From an uncultured Poribacteria bacterium (lineage in GTDB: Bacteria; Poribacteria; WGA-4E; WGA-3G), in the NCBI GenBank assembly GCA_951813565.1, contig OX638351.1, positions 576,001-640,000 on the forward strand: 64,000 bases of DNA. The letters run 5' to 3'. Below are positions 63,516 through 64,000 of the stretch, one piece after another (the first letter of the stretch is position 1; each line of letters opens with the position of its first letter). Both the position numbers and the translations under genes were made by a program. A model generated the notes under the pieces. The model had not been told where the DNA came from. It worked only from the letters and a program-made list of their open reading frames with translations, and did no database searches.

Positions 63516-64000
63516 CTATTCTCGTTTCAGATGTCCCCATGTTGTTGTTAATTTCCGTTTTGGTGATACTGGAAGTCCAGAAATAGTAATTTTATCAACC
63601 CATGCTTCGCCTATGTTCGCCATATCAGTAACATACCCAACGAGAACAAAACCGATAATGTCCATTTTCGGTAAGTTCGCGTCCCTAAAATCCATGCGCG
63701 ATTCGCCATCACCGAACAGCTGAAATCTGCCCCCATCAAAGTGGAGCACCATCTCGTTGAGGGCATCTGTGCCCCAGCGTTTGCCGGGACCGAGAAACAC
63801 CTTACCATCTCTTGATGCCTGCATATCATTCGTGAAAAATAGGTAATAGCCTATCTCCTCTATCTCCGCATCGTCATTGAAGAAATGTTTTCCAAGTGCT
63901 ATGCCGAATTTAATATCCCCTGCTGCGCCGATATTATCAATCTTAATTGTAATGTTATCGTAAGGTCCTTGGAAGGCAGTAAATTGGTAGAGTTCAAATA
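63516..64000 (-). CDS. Partial (5' end outside window) paralog of 61307 protein with C-terminal TW-x-x-LK motif
   Basis: Frame open to the window edge (FELYQFTAFQGPY.. aligns with YDLYQLIAFPAPY); ends VSPKRKLTTTWGHLKRE. Confidence 0.75.
   Translation of the reverse strand, partial: FELYQFTAFQGPYDNITIKIDNIGAAGDIKFGIALGKHFFNDDAEIEEIGYYLFFTNDMQASRDGKVFLGPGKRWGTDALNEMVLHFDGGRFQLFGDGESRMDFRDANLPKMDIIGFVLVGYVTDMANIGEAWVDKITISGLPVSPKRKLTTTWGHLKRE

Overview
Bacterial window of moderately low GC whose gene mix (Gfo/Idh/MocA, PhyH, Uma2, LamG, WD40, YCF48/BNR repeat proteins, sialidase) suggests Candidatus Poribacteria or a relative; this is an inference, not verified. It holds about 45 protein genes, a tRNA-Ala-23S-5S unit with three tandem sigma70 promoters and no 16S gene, four apparently complete IS elements (IS1595, IS982, IS701/IS4-like, IS630), several MITEs and many REP-like hairpins. 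Best leads: (1) a shared C-terminal motif V-x-P-x-x-K-[LV]-T-x-T-W-[GA]-x-L-K on four signal-peptide-type proteins from three unrelated families, plus one degenerate case, which looks like a protein sorting signal; (2) an ORF-less IS200/IS605-type element carrying a ~400-nt structured RNA that ends in a TnpB omegaRNA-like scaffold; (3) a family of AATCA-tailed micro-hairpins nested inside REPs and MITEs; (4) an unlinked rRNA operon; (5) scattered orphan defence/TA genes, two of them frameshifted. All family calls come from motif recognition by eye; no database search was run.
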